From: Octopus sinensis
Taxonomy: Eukaryota
Reading direction: 5' to 3'
Length of the DNA: 64,000 nt
NCBI RefSeq assembly: GCF_006345805.1
Contig: NC_042999.1
Coordinates: forward strand, 11,408,001-11,472,000
This document shows, one piece after another, positions 13,734-24,221 of this stretch. How positions within the stretch are numbered: position 1 is the stretch's first letter; every line of letters begins with the position of its first letter. The notes beneath the pieces are model-generated. The model had not been told where the DNA came from, made no database searches, and saw only the letters and a program-made list of their open reading frames with translations. Both the position numbers and the translations under genes were made by a program.

Positions 13734-14201
13734 CTGGGGAGGGAAAAAATAAAATGTGATAAAATATATCAAATACAATAATTCTTGTAATTTTTGGCAC
13801 AAAGACCAACAATTTTGAGGGGAGGGGCAAGTCAGTTATATTGACACCAGTACGTGACTGGTACTTATTTAATCAAACCCAAAAGTTATGGGGACATAAA
13901 CACACCAACACCAGCTGAAGGAAGTTTCTGTCTACCAAATCTATTCAGAAGACTTTGGTTAGCCACGGGCTATGGTAGAAGACACTCGTCCACAGTGACA
14001 CGCAGTGGGACTGAACCCAGAACCATGTGGTTGGGAAGCAAACTTCTCAACCACATGGCCATACCTAGATCTCATTCTCAAGAAAACTTTCTCCCATGAG
14101 TCTTAGAGACTCAGAAAATGGTCAGAGGCACTGCCCTTTCCTCTCTAATCAGTTTTTTTTTAAAAACTGATAAAATAAACAGTAATTTCATTGATCTATC
14201 A

Positions 14202-14733
14202 CAATATTTCCCAACCTGGATTCCACAGATTTCAAAGGTTCTGAAAGTGTTCTCTCAAGGTTCCACAATATATAGGGATAAAATATGTTAATTATATGCA
14301 AATGTATAGGGATAAAATATGCTAATTATATGCAAATGTATTTTTTAGTAAATTTTGTCATTGATTCCTTATTCTACAAAATTGACAAATTTGTTAAAAT
14401 GGGGAAGTTCTGGAATATGTAAGAAGACTCTACAGAAAAACAGGAAAACTGACTTTTTAATAGGGATTTTGAAGAGGAATTTGGTCAAAACAAGGTCTTA
14501 GTTAAGACAATATTTCTGAAACTTTCTTTATAGCAGCTGATAGGGATTTGGTACAGATAGGGATTTGGTCAGACATTTTAATGATTTGGATGATCCTTTT
14601 GTGAAAATTGAAGTTTATGGAAGGGAAAGAAGAAGATAAATAAAAGAATACAGAATACTTTTTATGTGAAGGTTGTCTGAGACATGGGATATTTTTCAAG
14701 GGTTCCACAAGAGTAAAAAGTTTAAGAAACACT
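14202..14733. mobile_element. hAT-like MITE, decayed
   Basis: caatatttcccaac / gtttaagaaacact ends, repeated ggttccac subterminal motifs, internal 34-bp tandem duplication 14271-14340. Confidence 0.45.
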
Positions 14734-15647
14734 AATCTATTATGTCTTAACCCGTGTGGTGGCTAACATCCTGTTCATTTTGACTTTGTAATACACCAAT
14801 GAGGAGTTAAAGGAATATTTTGCATGCCACGATGCGGGAATATCTTTCAAACAATGGGTATTAGATATCCTGGATAGCAATGTAAAGTAAATACTATGTA
14901 TGGCAGAGTACAACGAGTACATTTGCATGACAGAGTACACTAGAGTACATGTGAATACAATAGGCAGCAGCAGCATCATGGTGTTTAACGTCTGCTTTTC
15001 CATGGGTCAAAGTTTTGTGTGACTGGGGTGCCCTTCCTGTCACCAACCTCCATTTGTTTCCAAGCAAATGAATAATCCCCCAATTCCCTGAACGACAAAC
15101 AGTGGAACATGTTGCATGTCAAGAACTGAAAAAAAACAACAGTGAAGCGAGCCTTTTGCTAGCAAGGATTGCAAAACTTGCTAAATAAGAACGATTATCT
15201 GATGAAGAGCCTGCTTGAAGCATTGTGATAAAGAAGTAAAATAACAAGGATGGAGATTTTCTAACAAGGGAAAAAAGGAAGTTTCATCACCTTTTCATAT
15301 ATTTCGGGCATAATCGTTGCCAGAGCAACCAACTGGCTTCCATGCCGGTGGCATGTAAAAGGGCACCATTCAAGCATGAGCGTTACCAATGTCGCTTTAC
15401 TGTCACCTGTGCCGTTGGCATGTGTAAAAAGATTCGAGCGAGATCATTGCCAATACTGCCTGACTGGCCCCCATGCCGGTGGCATGTAAAAAGCACCCAC
15501 CACACTCTCGGAGTGGTTGGCGTTAGGAAGGGCATCCAGCTGTAGAAACTCTGCCAGATCAAGACTGGAGCCTGGTGCAGCCATCTGGTTCGCCAGCCCT
15601 CAGTCAAATCATCCAACCCATGCTAGCATGGAAAGCGGACGCTAAAC

Positions 15648-15683
<36 letters not shown>

Positions 15684-15850
15684 TGGCCCATCATCAGAAG
15701 TGAACAGTCAAGGAATGTTTATCTTTTCTATTGTAAAAACATAAAGGAACAATAAATATTTGTGGTTATCTTCATTGTTTTGTTATGATTTCAGTTTAGG
15801 TTTTTGAAATAATTTTTAGGTATTTAATGAAATATTTCATTCAAATTTAC

Positions 15851-15954
15851 CTGGGTGTTGTATTCCGGCCGTGGGTCATCAATGACTGTCGTGAACGGGG
15901 TGTGATTCAGTACAACTGGACGTCGATCTTTCAAATACATATCAAACCAAGGAG
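15851..15954 (-). CDS. CPT2: CPT2 exon 5 (PWFDMYLKDRRPVVLNHTPFTTVIDDPRPEYNTQ)
   Basis: PWFDMYL motif; gacag acceptor, CAG|GTAAAT donor. Confidence 0.95.
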
Positions 15955-16223
15955 CTGTCCAAATCAATAACAAAATCAATATCAACAGTAAAACATCACA
16001 CACACACACAATCACTATCATCAGCAGCAGCATCGTTTTAACGTCCACTCTTCCATGCTTGGATGGATCAGATTTTCTTCCTGTTGCCAACCCTCACCAA
16101 GCAAGGTAATATTTTCTCATGGCCTGACAGGTTTTTCACAGAAGATGGCAAATGAACAGCACCGCTTGTATGACAGTGATTCTCATTTACAACCACCACA
16201 TAATGTCAACACAAGAAAACAAA

Positions 16224-16225
<2 letters not shown>

Positions 16226-16298
<73 letters not shown>
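16226..16298. repeat. (AC)n microsatellite
   Basis: Direct reading. Confidence 0.97.
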
Positions 16299-16300
<2 letters not shown>

Positions 16301-16985
16301 GATCTTCACAGGGCATTCGTGTACCTGAAGCTACAGAAGAAGGTACTTCATCTTGCCTGGCTGCTCCGAAATACCCTACTCACAAATTCAGGCCCCTGGT
16401 AGGGTCAAACTGTAAATGCCATGTTCCTTACAGTGGGACTGAACCAGAGACCACAACCCCGTGAAATACACTTAGTAACTACACAACTAAACCCTTTATT
16501 ACAAACTCAATAAAATAAGTACAAAACAATAATTAAATGTTGATTTAATTGACTTTATTAATCTGCTGCTTTGTTTCTTTGCAAATGGAGGAAATTATGA
16601 TTAGATTAAGCTTATTTCACCATCTTAAAACTGCTTATATTTTGGAACCCAAATAAATGTGGTTCTATGTGTTTATGCGTGTGCGTGCTTGCGTGTGCGT
16701 GCTTGCGTATGCCTGCTTGCGTGCATGCATGGGATATTGGTAAATTTAATCTAGAAATATATATTTTCTAATAAATGCTGTTAATGAAATTACAACTTTA
16801 TATTGAAGGACTTAATTTAATGATTGTAAATTTTTCTTAAATTAGTTTTCATTTAATCAAATTTAACTTTTTTTTTTATTTTTAATTACCATTTGGTAAT
16901 TGTTGCTATATTCTGTTTGTGGTTCCAACTTTCAAGAGGGAATCAGAAAATTAAGGCCGTTAACTTCTTAACAATAGCTTCCTTC

Positions 16986-16988
<3 letters not shown>

Positions 16989-17060
<72 letters not shown>
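16989..17060. repeat. (AG)n microsatellite
   Basis: Direct reading. Confidence 0.95.
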
Positions 17061-17062
<2 letters not shown>

Positions 17063-17064
17063 TA

Positions 17065-17757
17065 CATCATCATCATCGTTTAGCGTCCGCTTTCCATGCT
17101 AGCATGGGTTGGACGGTTCAACCGGGGATCTGGGAAGCCAGAAGGCTGCACCAGGCCCAGTCTGATCTGGTAATGTTTCTACGGCTGGATGCCCTTCCTA
17201 ACGCCAACCACTCCATGAGTGTAGTGGGTGCTTTTTACGTGCCAGACGAGTCTGGCAAATGGCCACGATCGGATGGTGCTTTTTATGTGCCACCGGCACG
17301 GGGGCCAGGCAAGGCTGGCAACAGCCATGAACGGATGGTGCTTTTTACGTGCCACCGGCACGAGGCCAGTCGGGGCAGCGCCGGCAACGGCCACGAACGG
17401 ATGGTGCTTTTTACATGCCACCGGCACGAGGCCAGTCGGGGCAGCGCCGGCAACGGCCACGAACGGATGGTGCTTTTTACATGCCACCGGCACGAGGCCA
17501 GTCGGGGCAGCGCCGGCAACGGCCACGAACGGATGGTGCTTTTTACATGCCACCGGCACGAGGCCAGTCAGGGCAGCGCCGGCAACGGCCACGAACGGAT
17601 GGTGCTTTTTACGTGCCACCGGCACGAGGCCAGTCGGGGCAGCGTCGGCAACGGCCACAAACGGATGGTGCTTTTTACGTGCCACCGGCACGCGGCCAGT
17701 CGGGGCAGCGCCGGCAACGGCCACAAACGGATGGTGCTTTTTACGTGCCACCGGCAT
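17065..17757 (-). repeat. RTE 3' fragment with expanded 66-bp tandem array (about 7 units)
   Basis: Unit acggatggtgctttttacgtgccaccggcacgaggccagtcggggcagcgccggcaacggccacga repeats with period 66 (17331, 17397, ...); attached to the gatgcccttcctaacgccaacc block and (CAT)n. Confidence 0.88.
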
Positions 17758-18714
17758 CATCATTGTTGTCATTTTCAGCATCCACTTTTCCATGCTTGCA
17801 TGGGTTGGGTGGAATTCATTGGCTGCCCTTCTGTTGTCAATTTTCACCCAATTACAATTAAGATATTTCCCTTTGACCAGACATGTTTCCATTGAAGACT
17901 GGAAACTGTAACACTCACAACTATCAGTTTCTGTCTACCAAATCAACTCACAAAGCTTTGGTCGGTCCGAGGCTATGGTAGAAGACACTTGCCCAAGGTG
18001 CCACACAGTGGGACTGAACCCAGAACCATGTGGTTCGTAAGCAAGCTACTTACCATCACAGACACACTTACGAAAATATTCATTAAACTAAATATTAACA
18101 ATTGCAGAGTCTGTTTTTTTCTTTTTTGAGCTGCATTGTGTCACTTCCTCCTCTTCCACTGTCTTTGTGATTCTTTCTCTCTTACTGCGCATGTGCATAG
18201 CATTGTTATTCATTGCCTGCCACCAAGCCTAATATGTGCACTCATTTTGCACTTCATGTGTTAGCTCTCTCTCTCTCTCTTACTCTCTTTACAATGTAAA
18301 GTGTAGCTGGAGGAGTCAAGCACATGTACCAGCTCTTATTATTTTATAGCGATGCCTGAACCAAGATAACCAGCAGCCCAGGACCTCACAAGAAGCACTC
18401 CAGTTCTGTCTGGAAATTAATTATAAAAGAAACTCTCAATTCACTCCGTATTTTATTTTATTCCAATTCTAAACTTTCAATGAGCAAAACATTATGTAAT
18501 GTCCGACAGAATTACGTTGTGTTATTATGAAACTATTATTCTGATAATCAAATGTTGTGTTATTCCAATAATTTCATATTCTGAGACTCTAATATTATAG
18601 GCCAATATTCTAGTATTCTGTAATCTTCATATTCTGTTATTCTCTTTGTAAAAGGTTGTTTTGACAGAGATTTCAAAATTAATATACCATGAAGAATGAA
18701 AAAGAAATACTTGC

Positions 18715-18774
18715 CAGAAATGTAACTGGTATGTTTGTTCGCTTTATCCAGAGCAACAAGTTCATCATGAAGGG
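18715..18774 (-). CDS. CPT2: CPT2 exon 4 (LHDELVALDKANKHTSYIS)
   Basis: Matches CPT2 LHEQLVALDKQNKHTSYIS; tttcag acceptor; frame requires the donor G|GCAAGT (GC-AG intron). Confidence 0.93.
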
Positions 18775-18848
18775 CTGAAAATATACACACACACACACAT
18801 GTATATATATATATGTAATAATAAAAACAATAATAATAACAGTGGTTT

Positions 18849-18889
<41 letters not shown>

Positions 18890-19553
18890 TATATATATAT
18901 AATAATTATAATAATAATAATGATAATAATAATAATAATAACAACAGTGGGTACTAATTTTGGCACAAGGCCAACAATTTGGGGAAAGGGGGTAAGTCAA
19001 TTACACCGACCCCGGTGTTCAACTAGTAAATATTTTATGGACCCTCAGAGGATAAAAGGCAAAGTCAACACACACACACACATACGTACGACGGGCTTCT
19101 TTCAGTTTCCATCTACTAGATCCACTCACAAGGCTTTGGTCAGCCCAAGGCTGTAGTAGAAGATACTTGTCCAAGGTGCCACGCAGTGGAACTGAGCCCA
19201 GAGCTATGTGGTTGAGAAGCAAGTTTCTTAGCATGAAGCCACTCCTGCAACTATAAATATATGGTTTCGGGTTCAGTCCCACTGTGTGGCACTTTGGGTA
19301 GGTGTCTTCCACTATAGCCCCGAGCTGACCGGAGCTTTGTGATTGAATTCGGTAGGTGGGAGTTACTGCCGTGTGTGTATATGTGCGTGTAGGTGCTTGT
19401 GCCTCTCCGAAAGAGAGAGAGGGGGGGATATATATTTATAGAAACTCTGCCAGACCCATCTTGGAGCCTGCTGCAACTACAGGCTCTCCAGACCTCAGTC
19501 AAATCGTCCAACCCATGCCAGCATGGAAAACAGATGTTAATCAATGATGATGA

Positions 19554-19594
<41 letters not shown>

Positions 19595-19599
<5 letters not shown>

Positions 19600-19928
19600 T
19601 ATTCACATTTGACGGATATTTGTACTCATCTTGTTTGTTGTTAACACAACGTTTTGGCTGATATACCCTCCAGCCTTCATCAGGTGTCTTGGAGAAATTT
19701 CGAACCTGGGTTCTCATTCCTAAGGTATTTTTCGATGAATAATAATAATAATAACATCAAAAAATATCTTAGGAATGAGAAACCAGGTTTGAAATTTTCC
19801 CAAGACACCTGATGAAGGCTGGAGGGTACATCAGCCGAAACGTTGTGTTAACAACAAACAAGATGAGGACAAATATCTGTCAAATGTAAATAATGTACAT
19901 AATTCCTCGTCTCTTAAATATAGAACTA
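19595..19928. mobile_element. Inverted-repeat element (arms 19595-19737 and 19755-19897) carrying a hammerhead, Penelope-like/SINE-related
   Basis: About 143-bp arms around (AAT)n, flanked by (TA)n on both sides. Confidence 0.75.
19804..19849 (+). ncRNA. Minimal type I hammerhead fold
   Basis: GACAC-CUGAUGA-A-GGCUG(10 nt)CAGCC-GAAA-CG-UU-GUGUU; palindromic ACGU replaces stem III. Confidence 0.75.
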
Positions 19929-20180
19929 TATATATATATATGATGGGCTTGTTTCAATTTCTGTTTAGCAAATTATGGACAAGGCTTTGATGGGCCTGAG
20001 ACTATGGCACCACACAGTGGGATTGAACCAGAAACCATGTGCTTGGGAAATAAATTTGTTAACCACACAGCCATGTAACCACCAGACACCCAAAATGGGT
20101 CAACAAATAAAGGGACAGCCATTTTTTGCTTTTTGTCTTTGTATTTCATAAAACAAGAAAATAACAACTGTTCTACTAAC

Positions 20181-20368
20181 TTTTGCCTTCGTTTTGTTCA
20201 AATTCTTTGACAATTTTCTCCGTTGACTGATATTGTGTTTCGTTGAGTAAGGCCTTCTGGGTCAGCAGATAATTTCTACATGTGTCTTCTAGTTTAGGTA
20301 TTGGAAGTCTGGGGAGACTCTTTTGAAAATGGTAAGTCGGTACTTTGCTTTTCTTCAGAAATTCTGAA
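20181..20368 (-). CDS. CPT2: CPT2 exon 3 (SEFLKKSKVPTYHFQKSLPRLPIPKLEDTCRNYL...EQNEGK)
   Basis: LPRLPIPKLEDT carnitine acyltransferase signature; ttccag acceptor, A|GTTAGT donor. Confidence 0.95.
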
Positions 20369-20743
20369 CTGGAATAAAAGCATAAAAGACATGGTTTTGA
20401 AAAGAGAAAAAAGAAAAGCAATAACAAAAGTGATTTCTTCCATCAGAACAGGGATGGGAATCTAAGAGGGGCCATCTTTATCATCATCACCATCATCATT
20501 GTCATCATCATTTTAGTGTTGATTTTTCCAAGCTTGGATGGGTCAGACAGAATTTGCTGAGGCAGATTTTCTATAGCTGGATGCCCTTCCTGTTGCCAAC
20601 CCACTCCTGTTTCTAAATGGGGTAATATTTCCCCCATGACCAGGAATGTTTCCTACAAAAGACTGAAAATGAACAACCTTGCTTGTGTGATGGTGAGGCT
20701 CGTTTACAACCATCACATGATGTCAAAACAAGGGTACACACAT

Positions 20744-20779
<36 letters not shown>

Positions 20780-22483
20780 TTAAACACACACAAGCACACA
20801 CACACATATGCTTACATGTACAACACAGATACCCGTGTACACACGTGACAAGCTGAACTTCTTTCAGATTCCATCAAGCAAATCCAGTTGTAAGACTTTG
20901 GTCAGCCTGGAGCCGCAGCAGAGGACACTTGCCCATGGCACTGTGCCGTGAGACTGAACACAAAAGAACATTTGGTTAGGAAGCAGCCATACCTGAATCT
21001 CGATATATTTTGCCAACCTCAAAGGATGAAAGATAAGGTCGACCCCTTGGAGGGAGTTCAAGTAGAGAAATGGACGGTGCTGGAAGCCTTTCATATATGC
21101 TCCACCATTGATGTCTCACCCCAGGCATTTCCATGGTGATGATGATGATGATATCTCACACTGTCACAAGACCACAAAGCTGGGGGTGGGGGCATAATGT
21201 ATTGAATTAAATCCAGGTCATGCTAGGGTGGATTTTATTGATTGAAAAGTAACGAAAATCAATGTTGATCCCAGATGAATTTTTATCCCAAACACAGAAA
21301 AACTAATAAAAATATTCAAGCTACATTCACTGCTTTTCTTTTCTTCTTCTTCTTCATAAACTTAATGATGATGAAGAGGAGGGGAGGGAGGAGTGTGGCA
21401 GTGCTTGATGATCTTACAAGAACAAGACAAGAAAATGGTGTGAGGAGAGGAGGAGGTGAGTAGGGCTGAAAGTAAAACAACAAAATAAAAAGGCAATTAG
21501 ATTAAACACCTTAACAGGAGAAGAACAACATAGGGGTGGGAAAGGTGAAGGAACCTCGCAAGTGCCCTGGGGTACCTTTACTATCAAAAGGCGAATGTCC
21601 TCTCCTAGCTGTGTTCTTCAACCTACAAGAGCTTCAGGGAGGGTAAACCCATTCATTCAGACTATAATCACCAATTTCTCAAGAAATTTATTGGGGGGCA
21701 GTAGCTTCCACTTCCATCCAAGAGAAATTAAAGGTGTTAACGAGGATTTGGCTGAGGTCTGGGTCAACAGAGCTGGAGATTTATCCTTCACTTGACCACA
21801 GCTGTTTGACACAACTTCATGAATCTGAATTGCTTGGACACTGTTGGAACTAAACAAGAACATGCAGAATGGTTTTGTTACTCTGCATGGGTCTCAGAAG
21901 GGCCCAGCTGAACCAGTAAAACTACTCTAGTAATACTACAAAGCAAGGAATTATCTAGAAGTTGACCAGTGTTCCCAGGTTGAAGTTCCTCTGATCAATT
22001 AACCTTTATCAACACCTAGAATTTCCCCCCCAAAACCTTTGTTTTTTTTTTTTACAATTAATCTTCTGAAGAATGAAGGGGCTCACGTGTTACTAACTGC
22101 ATTGCCAGACTGGTAGAGGACTGTGAATGCTTGACCACATTTCAAATAACAAGTGTCTAATTTTGGTCTTTATTGGACAGAAGACTGTAGCTCTGTCGAA
22201 GAAGCTGGACAAAGACATCCCTGACAATTGGTGACCACATCAGCTCAACATCCAGAATTTTCTACACATAATATAGTCTCAGAACATACTTCTGCATTTG
22301 TGAGAGAGGAGTAGTTGATTACATCAACCCCAGTGTTTCACTGGTACTTAATTTATCGACCCCGAAGAATGAAAGGAAAAGTTGACCTCAGCAGAATTGA
22401 ACTCAGAACAAAGAGGCAGATGAAACACCACAAAGCATTTTGCCCAACATGCTAACCATTCTGCCAGCTCACTGCCTTAATTA

Positions 22484-22532
<49 letters not shown>

Positions 22533-22542
22533 GGTGGTGGTG

Positions 22543-22586
<44 letters not shown>

Positions 22587-22751
22587 GGTGGTGGTGGTGG
22601 TAGTGGTAGTGGTGGTGGTGGTGGTGGTGGTAGTGGTGGTGGTGGTGGTGGTAGTAGTAGTAGTAGTAGTGGTAGTGGTGGTGGTGTGGTGGTGGTGGTG
22701 GTGGTAGTAGTAGTAGTAGTGGTGGTGGTGGTGGTGGTGGTGGTGGTGGTG

Positions 22752-22791
<40 letters not shown>

Positions 22792-22828
22792 TGGTGGTGG
22801 TGGTGGTGGTGGTGGTGGTGGTGTGGTG

Positions 22829-22863
<35 letters not shown>

Positions 22864-22882
22864 TGCAGTAGCAGCAGCAGCA
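22484..22882. repeat. Compound (GTA)n/(GTG)n trinucleotide microsatellite
   Basis: About 400 bp of mixed GTA/GTG units ending in (GCA)n. Confidence 0.97.
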
Positions 22883-22884
22883 GC

Positions 22885-23070
22885 CAGAGAGATGAGGAGA
22901 TTGTGAAAGACCAAGACAACATTTATTCCTGTAGGAATTGGTGAACTTGGCACAACACCAAGAACGCTGCCTAAAGAACTGAAAGAGATTGGAATTGAAA
23001 CTTGTCAACCTGCAGAAAAGAACCATGTTATATTCTGCAAGAATCCTGAGAAAGATTCTCGTGATTTGAG
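22885..23070 (+). mobile_element. R4/Dong-like C-terminal fragment
   Basis: EMRRL*KTKTTFIPVGIGELGT...LQK..ARILRKIL by hand translation; directly follows the GTA/GTG microsatellite. Confidence 0.6.
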
Positions 23071-23418
23071 TAGAATTCTGAGCCAGGAAATTAGTTTATA
23101 TCACAGAGCCTAGTACTAGACTGGTACCTTATTTTACGAACCTGGGAGGGACAAAAGCAAAGTTGGTCCCAGCAAGATTTGAACTCAGAATGTAGAATGC
23201 CAGAATGAAAATAGTGAAAGGCATTTTTTTCTGATATTAATGCTTCTACCACCTTTAAATAATGGTTTCTGATTTGGGCCCAAGGTCAGCAGTTCTAAGG
23301 GGAAGGAGCAAGTCAATACTATCAATGCCAGTACTTGGTTGGTTCTCTGTTTTAAAGAACTTGGATGAAAAATAGAATTGATCTTGGTGTGAATTTGAAC
23401 TCATATTTATCTGATGAG

Positions 23419-23931
23419 ATTATTCTATATTTTTGAGATGAGGAATTATGTACACTATTTACAATGGACAGAGAAGTGTCCTCACCTTGTTTGTTGTTAC
23501 CATAGCGTTTCGGCTGATCTACTCTCCAGCCTTCATCAGGTGTCCTGGTGCAATTTCGAACCCAACACTTTATTTGATTAATGGGGTACACTGTTCTCAT
23601 TCCTAAGTTATGTTGTCGATGTTATTTTTGTGTTGATATTATTTTTCAGGTCTCTGCCTGGGAATGAACTTAGAATCTGAGGGTAAGTAGGCCGCACTCT
23701 TATCCACTACATTCGGATTCTAAGTTCAATCCCAAGCAGGGACTTGAAAAATAATATTAACAGAAAAATAACATCAACCACATACCTTAGGAATGAGAAC
23801 AGTGTACCCCCATTAATCAAATAAAGGGTTGGGTTCAATATTCCACCAGGACACCTGATGAAGGCTGGAGAGTAAATCAACTGAAATGTAACAACAAGGT
23901 GAAAACACCTGTCCGTCCATCGTAAATAATG
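23419..23931 (-). mobile_element. tRNA-headed, hammerhead-containing element with inverted partial duplicate
   Basis: Minus copy 23710-23423 has A/B-box-like head then the same body as 19755-19928; inverted copy 23713-23931; 12-bp TSD ttatctgatgag/ttatttgatgag. Confidence 0.72.
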
Positions 23932-24177
23932 TTATTTGATGAGGATCAGGTAAAACAGCAGAAGGCATTTGGTCCAACACTTTATTGATTCTTCCAGTCG
24001 ACCATCCAAGAGGAAGATGATGACAACGATGATTATGATGACAGTAACAAGAAATATTACACAAAACAACAATACAGATAGAAGGTAATTAAAAAAAAGT
24101 GGGACATTCTTAAACAGATTAAGAAGAACAAAAATAGAGAATAAAAAAAGTAATAAACAGAAATAATTTTGAAATAC

Positions 24178-24221
24178 CTCGAAGCCCTTCCTCTTTGTAG
24201 GGTTGCGAATAATAAATTTCT
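24178..24221 (-). CDS. CPT2: CPT2 exon 2 (RNLLFATLQRGRAS, rest of transit peptide)
   Basis: Strong acceptor ttttttctttcag, donor AG|GTATTT, 44 nt, ends in phase 2 matching the next exon. Confidence 0.72.

Noticed and set aside
17270-17757. CRISPR-like array of palindromic repeats
   Set aside because: The intervening segments are near-identical rather than unique spacers, there are no cas genes, the context is eukaryotic, and the array is joined to an RTE LINE 3' end.
17104-17911. Long overlapping ORFs (263, 237, 227 aa)
   Set aside because: By-product of a stop-free 66-bp tandem unit; open in several frames on both strands.
18705-18712. Canonical GT donor for CPT2 exon 4
   Set aside because: Gives phase 2 and breaks the frame with exon 5; the GC donor 4 nt earlier fits.
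21560-21960. Possible unknown coding exon
   Set aside because: Resembles a very decayed LINE RT (LAVFFNLQ-like) with stops; too weak to annotate.
22440-23026. Poly-V/T/H/P ORFs
   Set aside because: Translations of the trinucleotide microsatellite.
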